This document shows positions 45,601 to 47,834 of a stretch of 47,834 nucleotides of DNA, piece by piece. The notes beneath the pieces are model-generated. The model did not search any database, had not been told where the DNA came from, and saw only the letters and a list, made by a program, of their open reading frames with translations. How positions within the stretch are numbered: the stretch's first letter is position 1; each line of letters begins with the position of its first letter. Location: assembly GCA_041690235.1 (NCBI GenBank), contig JAWLHS010000003.1, positions 1-47,834 of the forward strand. Reading direction: 5' to 3'. The stretch comes from Bacteroidales bacterium (GTDB lineage: Bacteria; Bacteroidota; Bacteroidia; Bacteroidales; UBA7960). A program made the position numbers and the translations under genes.

Positions 45601-47834
45601 ATGCAAGACCACCTGAACGACCATTTGCCGCCCGCACCCGACCCCGACACCCTCGGGATGGATCGCCGGTGTTTTATGAAGATGGGGGCCGTTTTTGCCG
45701 GCGGACTGGCTGCGTTGGGGGGTCTGCTGGGCTGCAGGGACGAAAAAGATTTGGTGGCCCTGATTTCGAACCGGGAAGCGGACGGTACCACCATCATGCG
45801 TGTGGGCTGCCCGGCGCACAACTGCGGCGGGCGATGCGTGCTGAAGCTTCACCTGAAAGAAGGTGTGATCACCCGCATTGAAACAGATGACAGGCCCACC
45901 GACGACATCAGCGACCCCCAACTCAGGGCATGTATCCGTGGCCGGGCTTACCGGCGCAGGCAGTACCATCCCGACCGGCTGAAATACCCCATGAAAAGGG
46001 TCGGAAAACGAGGGGAGGCAAAGTTTGAAAGGGTATCGTGGGACGAAGCCCTGGACATCATGGCGGCCCAACTGCAAAGGGTGAAAACCCGGTACGGGAA
46101 CGATGCCATACTTGTTCCTTACGGGACAGGTGGCTACAGCCAGACCAACGGACGACAGACAGCCTCAAGACTGATGAACCTCATCGGCGGGTCCCTGGGT
46201 TTTTACAACTCTTATTCCTGGGCCTGCATCAGTATGGCCACCCCTTATGTGTATGGCACCAATATAACGGGAAATCAACGGCAGGACTGGATCAACTCCA
46301 GGTACATCATCATGTGGGGCTGGAACCCGGCCGAAATGCGGGACGGCACCAACAGTGAGTATTTTATCAAGAAAGCCCGGGAGAAGGGGGCCAGGGTGAT
46401 CTGCATTGATCCCCGCATGAGCATGAGTGCCACCGCTTTGGCGGACGAATGGATTCCGATCCGGCCCGGCACCGATGTGGCCCTGATGAGCGCCATGGCC
46501 TACGTGATCATCTCTGAAGGCCTCCACGACCTGGACTTCATCAGCCGTTGCTGCATCGGGTTTGACGGGTCACAAATGCCTGAAGGACTGGAAGACCAGG
46601 AAAGCTATTCGGACTACATATTCGGGACATTCGACGGACAGCCCAAGACCCCTGAATGGGCCGAAGCCATCACCGGCATACCGGAATCGACCATTGAGCG
46701 AATCGCCAGGGAATACGGAAGCGTAAAACCCGCCATGCTGTACCAGGGGTATGGCATGCAACGCAGGGCCTACGGAGAACAGCCCGTATTGGGGGGCTGC
46801 GTGCTGGCAGCCATTACCGGCAATGTCGGCATCCCCGGTGGCTGGGCCAGTGGCATCGCCCTGCAGGCCGCCGACGGGGGCCCGTTTTGGAATGTATTTC
46901 CCGTCGGACGAAACCCGGTGAAGGCCACCATTCCGGTGTTTTTGTGGACCGAAGCCGTGTTGCGGGGAAAGGAAATGGGACCGGAAGAGGGCGTAAGGGG
47001 CGCAGACAAACTCTCCAACGATATTAAGATGATCTGGTGCGTGGCCTCCAATATTCTGATCAACCAGCATGCCGATGTGAATCGTTCGGCGGCGATTCTG
47101 GAAGACGAAAACAAGGTGGAGTTTATCGCGGTTCAGGACCAGTTTATGACCCCATCGGCACGATATGCCGACCTGGTATTGCCCGTTTGTACCCAATTTG
47201 AGGCCTGGGGCATTGAGGACGGGTGGAAATATGGTGATGAAGTGATCCTGATGCCGAAAGTGGCAGAACCCCCTCATGAAACGAAGAGCGACTACCAGAT
47301 CTGTGCAGACCTGGCAGAACGGCTGGGCGTATGGGAAGACTATACGCTGGGACGAACCGAGCGCGACTGGATTGAATGGGCCGTCAGGTATTACCGCTCT
47401 ACCCGTTTCCCGGACATTCCCAGCCTGGACAAGCTGCATGAAATGAATCGCGGCGTCTATTCAACCCCTGTGGAAGAACCGAAAATTGCCTTTTCCGACT
47501 TTCGCAAAGAACCCGAAAAGCACCCCCTCAATACCCCCTCCGGAAAAGTAGAATTGTTTTCCAGGCGACTGTTCGAAATGGGCAAGCCGGATACCATACC
47601 GGCCGTCCCAAAGTATATCCAGGAATGGGAGAGCCCCTTCGGAGAGGAGAGCAAGCGCTTTCCCCTGCAGGCCATCGGCCACCACTATATGCCCAGGGTT
47701 CATTCCACCCATGATGGCATCGACTGGCTGGAAGAAGCTTTTCCGCAAAGGGTGTTCATCAACCCCATTGATGCCGGGAAGAGGGGTATTAAGGACGGGG
47801 ACGAGGTGCTGATCTATAATGACAGGGGGAAGAT
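45601..47834 (+). CDS. DMSO-reductase-family (DmsA/YnfE-like) molybdopterin oxidoreductase catalytic subunit, Tat-exported, truncated at window end
   Basis: Not in ORF track; start and end read in the same frame: DRRCFMK Tat motif, LLGC, CPAHNCGGRC...CIRG, RLKYPMKRVGKRGE, YNSYSWA, WGWNPAE, IRPGTDVAL, YADLVLP, NPIDAGKRGIKDGDEV. Confidence 0.88.
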   Translation, partial: MQDHLNDHLPPAPDPDTLGMDRRCFMKMGAVFAGGLAALGGLLGCRDEKDLVALISNREADGTTIMRVGCPAHNCGGRCVLKLHLKEGVITRIETDDRPTDDISDPQLRACIRGRAYRRRQYHPDRLKYPMKRVGKRGEAKFERVSWDEALDIMAAQLQRVKTRYGNDAILVPYGTGGYSQTNGRQTASRLMNLIGGSLGFYNSYSWACISMATPYVYGTNITGNQRQDWINSRYIIMWGWNPAEMRDGTNSEYFIKKAREKGARVICIDPRMSMSATALADEWIPIRPGTDVALMSAMAYVIISEGLHDLDFISRCCIGFDGSQMPEGLEDQESYSDYIFGTFDGQPKTPEWAEAITGIPESTIERIAREYGSVKPAMLYQGYGMQRRAYGEQPVLGGCVLAAITGNVGIPGGWASGIALQAADGGPFWNVFPVGRNPVKATIPVFLWTEAVLRGKEMGPEEGVRGADKLSNDIKMIWCVASNILINQHADVNRSAAILEDENKVEFIAVQDQFMTPSARYADLVLPVCTQFEAWGIEDGWKYGDEVILMPKVAEPPHETKSDYQICADLAERLGVWEDYTLGRTERDWIEWAVRYYRSTRFPDIPSLDKLHEMNRGVYSTPVEEPKIAFSDFRKEPEKHPLNTPSGKVELFSRRLFEMGKPDTIPAVPKYIQEWESPFGEESKRFPLQAIGHHYMPRVHSTHDGIDWLEEAFPQRVFINPIDAGKRGIKDGDEVLIYNDRGK

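Overview
Anaerobic Bacteroidota-like DNA, inferred from TAnnTTTG-type promoter elements and the TamB, DUF5916 and tricorn genes. About 32 kb (1118-33310) is a hydrogen-metabolism supercluster with four parts. (1) A DRTGG/Ser-Thr kinase/PHP/HATPase module leads a tetrameric HndABCD-type [FeFe]-hydrogenase with bifurcating signatures, next to rex and Rex boxes. (2) A second trimeric [FeFe]-hydrogenase has a short, non-bifurcating-type beta subunit. (3) A 17-gene operon joins an AsrA/AsrB (Flx/sulfhydrogenase beta-gamma)-like NAD(P)H module, HycB/HycF-like Fe-S relays, a group 4 [NiFe]-hydrogenase and an Mrp/Mbh-type membrane arm. (4) A Crp/Fnr regulator, hypFCDEAB and a His-rich putative Ni transporter follow, linked by a shared TGA-N6-TCA box. 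The rest holds truA, an AI-2E transporter, a DUF5916 protein with a candidate sigma54 promoter, three peptidases (M3, tricorn S41, M28) and a truncated Tat-exported DmsA-family molybdoenzyme. The best candidate for a little-described system is operon (3), a putative ion-gradient-coupled 'NAD(P)H hydrogenlyase'. All calls come from reading motifs; no database searches were run.
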